NCBI GenBank assembly: GCA_030158485.1
Contig: JAOASS010000016.1
Span: 97,961 to 161,960 of the forward strand
Length of the DNA: 64,000 bases
Origin: Pseudobdellovibrionaceae bacterium
GTDB lineage: Bacteria > Bdellovibrionota > Bdellovibrionia > Bdellovibrionales > Bdellovibrionaceae
Direction of reading: 5' to 3'
A model generated the notes under the pieces. That model searched no databases. It was not told where the DNA came from and was given only the letters and a program-made list of their open reading frames with translations. This document shows, one piece after another, positions 55,174-64,000 of the stretch (position 1 is the first letter of the stretch; each line of letters begins with the position of its first letter). Made by a program: the position numbers and the translations under genes.

Positions 55174-55953
55174 ATGTTAATAGGTAAAGTGTTGAATGAT
55201 ACACAAGTGATTTTTTTCGGGCTTATTTGGCTTAGAATGGTCAGCTTTGTCTTTTCATCTGCATTTTTAGGCTCACCGACAGTGACTCCTCCAATCAAAA
55301 TTCTTTTTTCTGTCGTATTAGCATTTATAGTTTTTCCTTTTGCAAAACCTGTTTCAACTGACAGTCAAAGCCTGAATGATTTTTTAATATTGCTAGCGGG
55401 AAGGGAAGTTCTCGTTGGATTAATTCTTGGACTTTTAACTCGTTTTTTCTTTTTTGCGTTGTCTATGGCGGGTGAATTAATTTCGTTGTCAATTGGTCTA
55501 GGTTCGGCTCAAGTTTATAACCCTTTTATCGGTCAGAGTGGTCAAGTTATTGAACAGTTCTTTTCCCTCGCTGGTATGGTGGTGTTTTTGGCATTAAATG
55601 GGCACCATCTTTTTATTACAGCCTTAGTCCAGTCCTTTGATGTGATTCCATTCGCAAACTTAAGTTTACAAGTTGGCGGGCTCGCCGAAGTATCTCAAAA
55701 GTTTCAAGAAATTTTTGTTATCATGGTTAAAATGGCATCACCAGTTATCGCAACAGTTTTTGTTGTCAATTTAGCTATGGCGATTATGGGCCGAGCAGTT
55801 CCTCAGTTGAATGTTTTAGTCACATCATTTCCAGTCACAATATTAATTGGTTTAACAGTCTTCATCATTTCAACTCCACTGATGACGATGGAAATGAATA
55901 TTTTAATGGAACACACTTCAACACAGCTTTTTAAATTAATGAGGTCCCTGTAA
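55174..55953 (+). CDS. fliR: Flagellar export apparatus protein FliR
   Basis: A 259-aa polytopic protein in the fliQ-flhB position, with a GxxLGL-type motif. Confidence 0.9.
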   Translation: MLIGKVLNDTQVIFFGLIWLRMVSFVFSSAFLGSPTVTPPIKILFSVVLAFIVFPFAKPVSTDSQSLNDFLILLAGREVLVGLILGLLTRFFFFALSMAGELISLSIGLGSAQVYNPFIGQSGQVIEQFFSLAGMVVFLALNGHHLFITALVQSFDVIPFANLSLQVGGLAEVSQKFQEIFVIMVKMASPVIATVFVVNLAMAIMGRAVPQLNVLVTSFPVTILIGLTVFIISTPLMTMEMNILMEHTSTQLFKLMRSL

Positions 55954-57020
55954 TGGCTGATTCAGATCAGGGTGAAAAAACTGAACAGGCGACGGACACG
56001 AGACGAGAAGAATTTCGTGATCGTGGACAAGTTGCACACAGTCGGGAATTTTCTTCCGCGTTGTTTTTTTTAGCTGCAGCCGGATCGCTTTATATGGTCA
56101 GTCGATATTCATTCAAACATATTCACGACCTGTTTAATTATGTTTATGGTCTTGATATGGTTTTGGCTGTCCGCGAGGGAAGTCATTTTGATTTGGTTCG
56201 ATTTGCGGCTGTCAAATCCGCAATTGTTATAGCGCCTATTTTAGCTGTTGCCGTGCTTATTGGGACCTTGTCTTCGGTAATGCAAATCGGATTTTTAAGT
56301 GTTAAAGATGCTCTCGGTCCTGATTTTAATAAAATAGATCCGATTACAGGTTTGGGTCGAATTTTTAGTATGCGATCACTGATGGAAGGATTGAAATCAT
56401 TTTTAAAACTTTCCCTGATCGGCCTGATTGTTTATTTAGTATTAAAGTCTGAGGTTCATAAAATTCCGTTTCTAGTGAATTATTCAATGACCGAATTGCT
56501 TCAATATATAGGCTACTTGGCAGTTAAACTGTTTTTTGTTGTGGGTCTTGTCATGGGCGGTCTTGCGGGTCTCGATTTCCTTTATCAAAAATGGGATCTT
56601 GAAAAGCAAATGATGATGACAAAGCAAGAAGTCAAAGAAGAGTCCAAACAGCGAGAGGGTGATCCCATGATCAAAGCCCGTATTCGCAAAATCCAGCGTG
56701 AAATTGCAAATCGTCGGATGATGGACGCCGTACCCAAAGCTGATGTTGTTGTAACAAATCCGACACATATTGCGGTTGTTTTAAAGTACAGTGATAATTT
56801 GCCGGCTCCCCAGCTTGTGGCGAAGGGTGCAGATTTCCTAGCTGAAAAAATTAAACAGCTGGCTCGTGAACATAATATCCCAATTGTTGAAAATAAACCT
56901 TTAGCTCGAACAATTTATAAAACTATGAAGCTTGATCAAGTAATTCCTCGTGAACTATTTGTAGCTGTAGCGGAAGTCTTATCTTACGTTTATAAGCTGA
57001 AAAGAAAGGCTCGACGTTGA
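55953..57020 (+). CDS. flhB: Flagellar export switch protein FlhB
   Basis: EKTEQATDTRREEFRDRGQV at the N-terminus, the autocleavage site VVTNPTHIAV, and a TAATG overlap with fliR. Confidence 0.95.
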   Translation: MADSDQGEKTEQATDTRREEFRDRGQVAHSREFSSALFFLAAAGSLYMVSRYSFKHIHDLFNYVYGLDMVLAVREGSHFDLVRFAAVKSAIVIAPILAVAVLIGTLSSVMQIGFLSVKDALGPDFNKIDPITGLGRIFSMRSLMEGLKSFLKLSLIGLIVYLVLKSEVHKIPFLVNYSMTELLQYIGYLAVKLFFVVGLVMGGLAGLDFLYQKWDLEKQMMMTKQEVKEESKQREGDPMIKARIRKIQREIANRRMMDAVPKADVVVTNPTHIAVVLKYSDNLPAPQLVAKGADFLAEKIKQLAREHNIPIVENKPLARTIYKTMKLDQVIPRELFVAVAEVLSYVYKLKRKARR

Positions 57021-59116
57021 TGGAACAGCTGTTTCAATTTATCAAACGATTTGACAAATACACTAAGAATACAGATCTATTTATTGCGATCGGTATTCTT
57101 GTTATTTTATCAGTTATGATTATACCGCTGCCTCCAGTTTTATTGGACTTGGCTCTTACGATGTCTTTGGCATTATCAATTTTAATTCTACTTGTATCCG
57201 TTTATGCTAAAAGAGCTCTGGATTTTACTTCTTTTCCTTCTTTACTACTTATTACAACACTATTTCGTTTGTCTTTAAACGTAGCAACAACTCGTCTTAT
57301 TCTTTCACATGGTCACGAAGGAACAGAATCAGCAGGACAGGTGATTGCAGCATTTGGAAATTTTGTTGTCGGCAATAATTACGTTATTGGATTTATTGTT
57401 TTCGTTATTTTAATTATCATTAACTTTATTGTTATCACAAAAGGTTCGGGCCGTGTGGCAGAGGTTGCGGCAAGGTTCACTTTGGATGCGATGCCAGGTA
57501 AGCAAATGTCGATTGATGCGGATCTTAACTCGGGTCTTATAAATGAAGATCAAGCGCGAAAACGACGAAAAGAAATTGAACAAGAAGCAGATTTTTATGG
57601 ATCTATGGATGGTGCCAGTAAATTCGTTCGTGGAGATGCGATCGCTGGTATTATTATTATGATCATTAATGTCGTAGGGGGACTTTTAATCGGCGTGATT
57701 CAAAAGGATCTTGATTTTGCGACCGCTGCTAAGTTTTATACAATGCTCACTATCGGCGACGGTCTGGTTGCTCAAATTCCAGCTCTCATTATTTCAACAG
57801 CAGCTGGTATTATTGTGACTCGAAATTCTTCAAGTGACAGCAATATGGGTAATGAAGTTGCGAGTCAGTTATTTCTATCGACTAAAGCCGTTTATGTTTC
57901 TGCAGTTGTGATACTAGGTATGGGTCTTGTTCCAGGTCTTCCTAAGTTCCCATTCTTTCTTATGTCATTTTTTATGGCTGCGATTGCCTGGACTATGGAT
58001 AAGTACAAAGTCGAAAATGAAAATACAGAAAAAAGAAAAGCTGAACAGAGCGCACTGGGTCCTAAAAAAGAAAATATCGAAACGATGCTGCCTCTTGATA
58101 TGGTTGAACTTGAAGTGGGATATGGCCTGATCAATATCGTTGAATCTGATAAAAGTGGTGATTTACTAGAAAGAATTGTCAGCATTAGAAAACAATTTGC
58201 TTTGGATTTAGGAATTATTGTTCCCTCAATTCATATTAGGGATAATCTTCAACTAGCTCCTGGTGAATATCGTGTTTTAATAAAAGGCAATCGAGTTGGC
58301 GGTGGTATATTACGGCCAGACTCAATTTTAGCAATGGATCCAGGTAATGTAACATCTCGAATCGAAGGTTACCCTACGAAAGAACCTGCTTTTGGTTTAG
58401 ATGCAATTTGGATTTCGCCTAGTCGAAAAGAAGATGCTGAAATGTCCGGCTACACAGTTGTCGATTTACCAACAGTGATGGCAACACATTTAACTGAAAT
58501 TGTGCGTACTCATGCGCACGAGCTTTTAGGTCGTCAAGAAGCGGCCCAGCTGATCGAAAACTTCAAGAAAACTCATCCAAAAGTGGTTGAAGAACTTATT
58601 CCTGATCTTTTAACGCTTGGATCTGTAGTTCGAGTTCTCCAGAATTTATTAAAAGAACATATTTCTATCCGCGATATCTTAACGATATTTGAAACGCTTG
58701 CCGACGAAGCGAGCAAAACTAAGGACGTGGACGTTTTAACTGAAGGTGTTCGAAAAGCAATGTCTCGTTCAATTACGGCAAAATATTCGAGCGAAGGCCA
58801 GATCCCGGTTATGACCTTATCTGCCAATGTGGAAGAACTTGTGTCTAACTCACTTCTGCAGACCGAACAGGGTATTCAACTTGTGATGGATCCTAATACG
58901 GCACATCACCTTATTAATGAAGTGGCATCTGCAGTTGAAAGTCATCCTGAAATTGCAGGACAACCTATTTTGTTAACAAGTCCAACAGCACGTCGTCATT
59001 TATCTAAATTAATGACGCGTTTTATACCTCAGTTAATCGTTTTATCTCATAGCGAACTAGCATCGACTGCGAATGTAAAATCAGTTGCGACAGTGGAGTT
59101 AAAGTATGCAGGTTAA
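57020..59116 (+). CDS. flhA: Flagellar export gate protein FlhA
   Basis: FHIPEP motif ITKGSGRVAEVAARFTLDAMPGKQMSIDADL, and about 698 aa. The ATG at 57020 overlaps the flhB stop (TGATG). Confidence 0.95.
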   Translation: MEQLFQFIKRFDKYTKNTDLFIAIGILVILSVMIIPLPPVLLDLALTMSLALSILILLVSVYAKRALDFTSFPSLLLITTLFRLSLNVATTRLILSHGHEGTESAGQVIAAFGNFVVGNNYVIGFIVFVILIIINFIVITKGSGRVAEVAARFTLDAMPGKQMSIDADLNSGLINEDQARKRRKEIEQEADFYGSMDGASKFVRGDAIAGIIIMIINVVGGLLIGVIQKDLDFATAAKFYTMLTIGDGLVAQIPALIISTAAGIIVTRNSSSDSNMGNEVASQLFLSTKAVYVSAVVILGMGLVPGLPKFPFFLMSFFMAAIAWTMDKYKVENENTEKRKAEQSALGPKKENIETMLPLDMVELEVGYGLINIVESDKSGDLLERIVSIRKQFALDLGIIVPSIHIRDNLQLAPGEYRVLIKGNRVGGGILRPDSILAMDPGNVTSRIEGYPTKEPAFGLDAIWISPSRKEDAEMSGYTVVDLPTVMATHLTEIVRTHAHELLGRQEAAQLIENFKKTHPKVVEELIPDLLTLGSVVRVLQNLLKEHISIRDILTIFETLADEASKTKDVDVLTEGVRKAMSRSITAKYSSEGQIPVMTLSANVEELVSNSLLQTEQGIQLVMDPNTAHHLINEVASAVESHPEIAGQPILLTSPTARRHLSKLMTRFIPQLIVLSHSELASTANVKSVATVELKYAG

Positions 59117-60461
59117 AAAGTTTGAAGCTAAAACAATGAAAGAAGCCTTAGAGCTTGTTAAAAAAGATCTAGGTCCTGAAGCGGTCATTCTTTCTGCGCG
59201 TGATAACAAGCGGGGTTTTGGATTAGCGGGTGAAGGTAGCGTCGAAATTACGGCTGCTGTATCTGAAGTGACTTTACGAAAAAAACATTTTACTGAATCA
59301 AAGCTTTTAGAAAAAGATAAACAACGATTTCAGAATTCTCCGGCAAAACAGCAAAAGGAAATGATTGAAAAAGTAGTGCAGAAGCAAGTTGAAAAAACTC
59401 GTCCACGTCCGGTAACAGCTCAAAGATACATCGATATTGAACCGGCAATGCAGAATCAAAACTATACACACACGGCGAATCATTCTTTAGAGCAAAATCA
59501 GTCTCAGATATCTTTGCGGAATATTCGACAAGTGATGCAAACAGAATCTCCGACAGAAATTTTGACACTCAAGTCTGAAATTCAGTCTTTAAAATCGATG
59601 TTGAGTCAGTTTCAGTCGATGCCTCAAAATATTCATGAATCTCAGTTTTCAACTCCAGAATTACGCAGTATTTATGAGCGTCTTTGTGACGAACAAATAC
59701 ACCCGTTAGATGCTCAATCTCTTGTGCAAAAAGCACAGGCAGGTTTGCCGGCTTCAAGACAAAGAGATCGCAATATGATCGAAGGATGGATTGCAAGATC
59801 AATTATGGATCAGAGCTTAATTTCAGATTCAGGAAATGATAAAAAAATTCATGTATTTTGGGGACCACCAGGAGTTGGTAAAACCACAACGATGGTGAAG
59901 CTAGCTGCGCAATGGATGAAAAGCTATAATAAAAAAATAGCACTTGTAACAATGGATACTCTTAAAGTTGGAGCGACTGATCAGCTCAGAATTTGTGCGC
60001 AAATTTTGAATGCACCTTTTGCTGTATTGCGATCAACGACTGACTGGAACGAAATTTTACGTTATTTGGATTCTGTTGATTATATTTTTGTTGATACTCC
60101 AGGACCAGCCATTCAATTGCGCCGAGATGCTGACTACTGCCAACAAATTTTGGGCACAAAAAAAGCAAACCATCGACATCATCTGGTACTTTCGGCGACA
60201 TATCCTAAACAAATGTTACAGGATCTTATAAATCGTGCGGATTTATTTTCGTGTGATGATTTGATTGTCACACACTTGGATGAATGTCAGCACTTTGGCG
60301 CAATCTATAGTTTGATGCTTGAAATGGCTTTGCCACTACATAGCTTTGGATTGGGTACAAAAATGCCCGATGACTATGAAGTGGCAACTAAGGAAAGAAT
60401 ACTTGATTTAATTTTTCATATTACAAAAACCAATCGCAATGAGTTCATTTCAAATAGATAA
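59106..60461 (+). CDS. flhF: Flagellar SRP-type GTPase FlhF
   Basis: MQVKKFEAKTMKEALELVKKDLGPEAVIL (B domain), GPPGVGKTTT (G1), DTPG (G3), and THLDE. Confidence 0.9.
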   Translation: MQVKKFEAKTMKEALELVKKDLGPEAVILSARDNKRGFGLAGEGSVEITAAVSEVTLRKKHFTESKLLEKDKQRFQNSPAKQQKEMIEKVVQKQVEKTRPRPVTAQRYIDIEPAMQNQNYTHTANHSLEQNQSQISLRNIRQVMQTESPTEILTLKSEIQSLKSMLSQFQSMPQNIHESQFSTPELRSIYERLCDEQIHPLDAQSLVQKAQAGLPASRQRDRNMIEGWIARSIMDQSLISDSGNDKKIHVFWGPPGVGKTTTMVKLAAQWMKSYNKKIALVTMDTLKVGATDQLRICAQILNAPFAVLRSTTDWNEILRYLDSVDYIFVDTPGPAIQLRRDADYCQQILGTKKANHRHHLVLSATYPKQMLQDLINRADLFSCDDLIVTHLDECQHFGAIYSLMLEMALPLHSFGLGTKMPDDYEVATKERILDLIFHITKTNRNEFISNR

Positions 60462-60470
60462 GAGGGTAAA

Positions 60471-61286
60471 ATGTTGCATCAGCGGATGACTCGAACTATC
60501 AGTTTAACTTCTGGAAAAGGCGGAGTGGGAAAAACCACTCTGACATGTAATTTAGCTCTGACTCTTGCGCAATCGGGTCGCAAAGTCTTAATTTTTGATG
60601 GTGATTTAGGTATGGCTAATGTGGATATATTTTTTGGAACAAAAGCCAAAGGTAGTTTGCATGAAGTTGTTAAAGGTGAAAAATCAATTCAAGAAATTCT
60701 AACTGAGTTGTACCCCAACATCTATTTGATATCGGGTGGGTCGGGAGTTGTTGATTACAACTCGATGTCTTCATTAGAAAAAAAAGTACTTGTTGATTCT
60801 TTGTCACAGTTACCTATGCGTTTTGACTATGTACTTGTTGATACGGCGCCTGGAATTGCAGACCATGTTCTTTATCTGAATTCAGCTTCTGATGATATAA
60901 ATGTGATACTAACACCCGATCCTTCATCATTAGCTGATTCTTATGCGCTCATAAAAATTCTTCATCAGAAATTTAAACGAAATAAGTTCTCTATTATTTG
61001 TAATCAAGTTCGTGATGAGGAAGAAGGGCGACAGCTATTCATTAGATTCCAGGACGTATGCGACCGGTTCCTCATGATTCGATTGGATTTTACTGGAGCT
61101 GTTCCTTTTGATACAACCGTCAAAAAATCAAATCAGAATCAGAAATTATTTATGCGACAGGAAACGGCAACGGCTAGCACAAAAGCATTACGAAGCTTAA
61201 GTTTGCAGCTGATGAACGAATCGTCTCGAACTGAAGCGCATCATGGTCTTCAAATGTTTTGGGAACAGGTCGTAGGCACAGCTTAA
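60471..61286 (+). CDS. flhG: MinD/ParA-type flagellar number regulator FlhG (FleN)
   Basis: Deviant Walker A SGKGGVGKTT, DGDLGMAN and VDTAPG. It lies between flhF and fliA. Confidence 0.85.
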   Translation: MLHQRMTRTISLTSGKGGVGKTTLTCNLALTLAQSGRKVLIFDGDLGMANVDIFFGTKAKGSLHEVVKGEKSIQEILTELYPNIYLISGGSGVVDYNSMSSLEKKVLVDSLSQLPMRFDYVLVDTAPGIADHVLYLNSASDDINVILTPDPSSLADSYALIKILHQKFKRNKFSIICNQVRDEEEGRQLFIRFQDVCDRFLMIRLDFTGAVPFDTTVKKSNQNQKLFMRQETATASTKALRSLSLQLMNESSRTEAHHGLQMFWEQVVGTA

Positions 61287-61363
61287 AAAATCAGGACTTC
61301 CTAGTCAGGACGACAGGAACATAAACTAAAAGAGTGAGAAATTTGAGTACACAGGGAAGTGAT

Positions 61364-62149
61364 ATGTCGAAACAGTCCGCTTTATTGAAAAAGTACAAAG
61401 AGGATCCGCGTAAACTAAGTCCTAAACAAAAAGACGAGTTAATCCAAGAGTACGCTCCATTAATAAAATACATTGCGCAAAAGATTGCGGTTAGGCTTCC
61501 TTCTAACATTGAATTAGATGATCTCATATCGGCTGGTGTTATTGGCTTAATGGATGCCATTGAAAAGTACGATCAGTCACGTGATAATAAGTTTAAAACC
61601 TATGCTGAATTTCGAGTTCGAGGCGCTATTCTTGACGAACTCAGATCTCAAGATTGGGTTCCAAGATCAATTCGTGATAAAGCAAAAATTCTTGATAAAA
61701 CAATGATTAATCTTGAACAAGAACTGGGAAGATCACCAACGGACGAAGAAGTCGCTAAAGCTCTTCAGTGTACAATGGAAGAGTTCCATGACCTTGTTCA
61801 CCAGGTCAGACCTGTTTCTCTATTGTCAATTGACGATCAGCAAACGTTTGATAATAGCGATAAGCGCTCGATTATGAACTTACTTGAAGGGTCAAAATCC
61901 TTTAACCCTCTGAATCAGCTCAATGTAAAAGTTGTTAAAGATATTGTTGCAAAAGCTATCGAAGAGTTACCCGAACGTCAGCGTTTAGTACTTTCTCTTT
62001 ATTATTTTGAAGATCTTAATCTAAAAGAGATCGGCCAGGTCCTCAGAGTCACAGAATCACGCGTTTCTCAACTTCATGCCCAAGCCGTTCAACGCCTTCG
62101 GGCCAAACTCCAAATCTCGCTAGGTAATTCTGAAATCGAAATGGCCTAA
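61364..62149 (+). CDS. fliA: Flagellar sigma factor sigma-28 FliA
   Basis: Region 2 (LIQEYAPLIKYIA, GLMDAIEKYD, FKTYAEFRVRGAILDELR) and the region 4.2 HTH (LNLKEIGQVLRVTESRVSQLHAQAV). The start could also be the GTG at 61334. Confidence 0.9.
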   Translation: MSKQSALLKKYKEDPRKLSPKQKDELIQEYAPLIKYIAQKIAVRLPSNIELDDLISAGVIGLMDAIEKYDQSRDNKFKTYAEFRVRGAILDELRSQDWVPRSIRDKAKILDKTMINLEQELGRSPTDEEVAKALQCTMEEFHDLVHQVRPVSLLSIDDQQTFDNSDKRSIMNLLEGSKSFNPLNQLNVKVVKDIVAKAIEELPERQRLVLSLYYFEDLNLKEIGQVLRVTESRVSQLHAQAVQRLRAKLQISLGNSEIEMA

Positions 62150-62328
62150 CGTGATAGGTAAATCAGGCATGATGGTGCCTTGAAGTATCGTGAATTTTAA
62201 ATAAGTGGCTTAAGAATAAATTGGGATTTAAGTCTGTATTAAGTTCATAACTGGATCATAGTCTGAGGATATCAATTCATCAATCGATAATGAATGACAA
62301 GTTGGTAACGCCAGCAGAAATTATCAAT

Positions 62329-64000
62329 ATGAAAAAAAATATTGCTAAAGTTTCTTTTATTGTTTTTTTGACACAATTTTTGCTTGCGGTGTCATATGCC
62401 AAAAATTCTGTTCCGACTTCCGATATTCCAATGAAACGAGAGTTTCCGGTCAATAGTGAAGTTAATCCATGTGATAATTTTCATGCTTATGTGTGCTCGA
62501 TCGCAGAGTCTCAATTCAAACTACGTGATGATCGCAGTCGGCATACTTTTTCATTTAATGATTCCCGAGAAAGACTTCTTGATGCAAAGAAAAATTTTAT
62601 GAAAAACATTTCAAAAGAAAAGAGTTTGAGTCAACGTGGGACTCAAATTAAAAATTTTTACACAAGTTGTATGAATATTAAATCTCGTGCAATTGAGGAA
62701 AAGGAAAAAATATCTCGACTCAAGAAAGAATTAGCTGAAATAAAAGACGCTAAGTCTTTTATGCTGTATTTGAATTCCCAAACTCAAAAAGGGGAATCAA
62801 GTCTTATTTCATTTTGGGACCGACCGAATATGGACGATCCATTAAAGTTGAACTTGCTAGTGAGTGTTGGGTTAATGGACTTACCAGATCATACGTACTA
62901 CGAAAAGTCTGATGTTATATTGGCTTACCAAAACCTACTTACAACTTTTTTTAAAACAGTTAATCCCGATGAAACTCAAGAGCAAGCTTCTGCTCGAGCA
63001 GAAAAACAAATTATTCTGCAAAAAGATTTTATTAAAACATATCCTGTTGCGTCTATTCGTCGCCAAAGGTATTCAGAAAAAAGAACTTCAACACAAGTTG
63101 AAGTATTAAAAAAATATATTTTCTTAAATCTTGATCAAATTTTCAAAAATGTTCCTGCGCAAAGTATGGTTAATATTCCAATTCCAGAATCTATGGACTA
63201 TTTAAATGCCAATATGAATAATGATAAACTAGATATTTTAAAAGATTTTTATCTTTATAGAGTAGCTTCTGATTTGATGGATGAAGCTTATCCTAAGTAC
63301 TTTGAATCTCAGTTCAACTTCGAAAAAAACTTTTTTGGTGGGCCACAGTTGCGGCCAGATTTACAAGAGCGTTGCACAACAACCACAAGTCAAATTTTTC
63401 AATTAGAATTAGATCAAATTTTGATTGATAGACTTTTTCCGGGATTTAAAGATGAAAAAGTTTTAGCATTAGGTGATAAGATCCGAGGAAGTATTATTTT
63501 AGGTCTTGAAAGAAATAAATGGCTTTCGACCCAATCCAAATCGGAAGCCATCAGAAAAGTGAAAACAGCGCGTTTGCAGTTAGTCCGTCCACAAAATGAA
63601 AAAGAATGGGATTTTATTCCTGTTCAAAAATATTCACCACGAAAATTCTTGGACAATAAACGAGTCTACTCTTTAGCTCGCTTTAAAAAAAGCATGGAAG
63701 ATTTAAAATATCCAGCAAATCAGTTGTCTTGGGGAATGGGGCCATTAACTGTGAATGCTTACTATAGCGGAAGTGAAAATAAATTTGTTCTTCCCATCGG
63801 CATTCTCCAATATCCTTTTTATGATAAAGAGGGAGATATGCTTGAAAACCTAGGGGCCGTTGGAGCCGTGATAGGTCATGAATTAGGTCACGGAATAGAT
63901 GATCAAGGATCCAAATATAATGCGGATGGTAAGCTTCATGATTGGATGAGTATGCGTGATAAAGCTGAATTTAGTCAGCGTGGACAAAAAATGATCGATC
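62329..64000 (+). CDS. M13-family (neprilysin/PepO-like) zinc metallopeptidase, partial (continues past the window end)
   Basis: Manual translation gives MKKNIAKVSFIVFLTQFLLAVSYA (signal peptide) and NPCDNFHAYVCS (the M13 N-terminal motif). In the same frame, VIGHELGHGIDDQGS (HExxH; its CAT codon is at 63877). It is absent from the ORF track because no stop lies within the window. An alternative start is the ATG at 62290. Confidence 0.8.
   Translation, partial: MKKNIAKVSFIVFLTQFLLAVSYAKNSVPTSDIPMKREFPVNSEVNPCDNFHAYVCSIAESQFKLRDDRSRHTFSFNDSRERLLDAKKNFMKNISKEKSLSQRGTQIKNFYTSCMNIKSRAIEEKEKISRLKKELAEIKDAKSFMLYLNSQTQKGESSLISFWDRPNMDDPLKLNLLVSVGLMDLPDHTYYEKSDVILAYQNLLTTFFKTVNPDETQEQASARAEKQIILQKDFIKTYPVASIRRQRYSEKRTSTQVEVLKKYIFLNLDQIFKNVPAQSMVNIPIPESMDYLNANMNNDKLDILKDFYLYRVASDLMDEAYPKYFESQFNFEKNFFGGPQLRPDLQERCTTTTSQIFQLELDQILIDRLFPGFKDEKVLALGDKIRGSIILGLERNKWLSTQSKSEAIRKVKTARLQLVRPQNEKEWDFIPVQKYSPRKFLDNKRVYSLARFKKSMEDLKYPANQLSWGMGPLTVNAYYSGSENKFVLPIGILQYPFYDKEGDMLENLGAVGAVIGHELGHGIDDQGSKYNADGKLHDWMSMRDKAEFSQRGQKMID

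Noticed and set aside
62912-63109. 65-aa ORF reported in the region after fliA.
   Set aside because: It lies inside, and out of frame with, the long open M13 peptidase reading frame (62329 to the window end), which carries the NPCDNF and HELGH motifs.
1-64000. Scan for CRISPR arrays, tRNA/rRNA genes, complete IS elements, integrases, toxin-antitoxin pairs and known defence-system gene sets.
   Set aside because: I saw no regularly spaced direct repeats, no cloverleaf-capable segments in the intergenic gaps, no reverse transcriptase, integrase or restriction-type ORFs, and no small paired ORFs. The only mobile-element-like gene is the solo Y1 transposase homolog. A by-eye scan cannot exclude short or degenerate elements.

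Overview
Visibly AT-rich bacterial chromosomal window with about 58 protein-coding genes. I found no rRNA, tRNA, CRISPR array or complete IS element by eye. Three kinds of content dominate.

(1) A 12-gene flagellar export and regulation operon, fliL-fliM-fliN-fliO-fliP-fliQ-fliR-flhB-flhA-flhF-flhG-fliA, runs from 51.46 to 62.15 kb on the + strand. Its genes are tightly or translationally coupled. A correctly spaced sigma-54 (-24/-12) promoter lies just upstream.

(2) A flagellin island lies at 16.7-19.6 kb. It has two short flagellin genes of about 280 aa, separated by a block of stable hairpins and an ankyrin-repeat lipoprotein gene. Two signal-peptide proteins of about 785 aa with unknown function flank the island in mirror orientation. 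They share length, cysteine spacing and a central hydrophobic segment.

(3) Housekeeping genes are interleaved with an unusually high density of secreted, lipoprotein and beta-barrel outer-membrane proteins and secreted hydrolases.
- Housekeeping genes: valS, purD, rnr, a pcrA/uvrD-type helicase, trmO, an IMPase, a UbiB/ABC1 kinase, oppDF and a KamA-family radical-SAM enzyme.
- Secreted hydrolases: a PBP4-like fragment, an M23 peptidase, an M13 peptidase, an HExxH gluzincin lipoprotein and an S1/P1-like nuclease.

The gene content (short flagellins, flhF/flhG/fliA with sigma-54, many hydrolases and OMPs) resembles Bdellovibrio-like or Oligoflexia organisms. That is inference only.

I do not see a clear recognised defence or mobile system. 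The best novel-system candidate is the pair of paralogous 785-aa Cys-patterned secreted proteins bracketing the flagellin/ankyrin/structured-RNA locus. Other leads:
- GGA-loop (CsrA-type) flagellin leaders.
- An orphan AceE-like E1 enzyme coupled to an atypical alpha/beta hydrolase.
- A solo RAYT-like Y1 transposase.
- A SAMHD1-like HD hydrolase coupled to purD.

All coordinates were derived by hand from the sequence and the supplied ORF track. Several starts were moved to internal ATG/GTG/TTG codons with better RBS or signal-peptide context.
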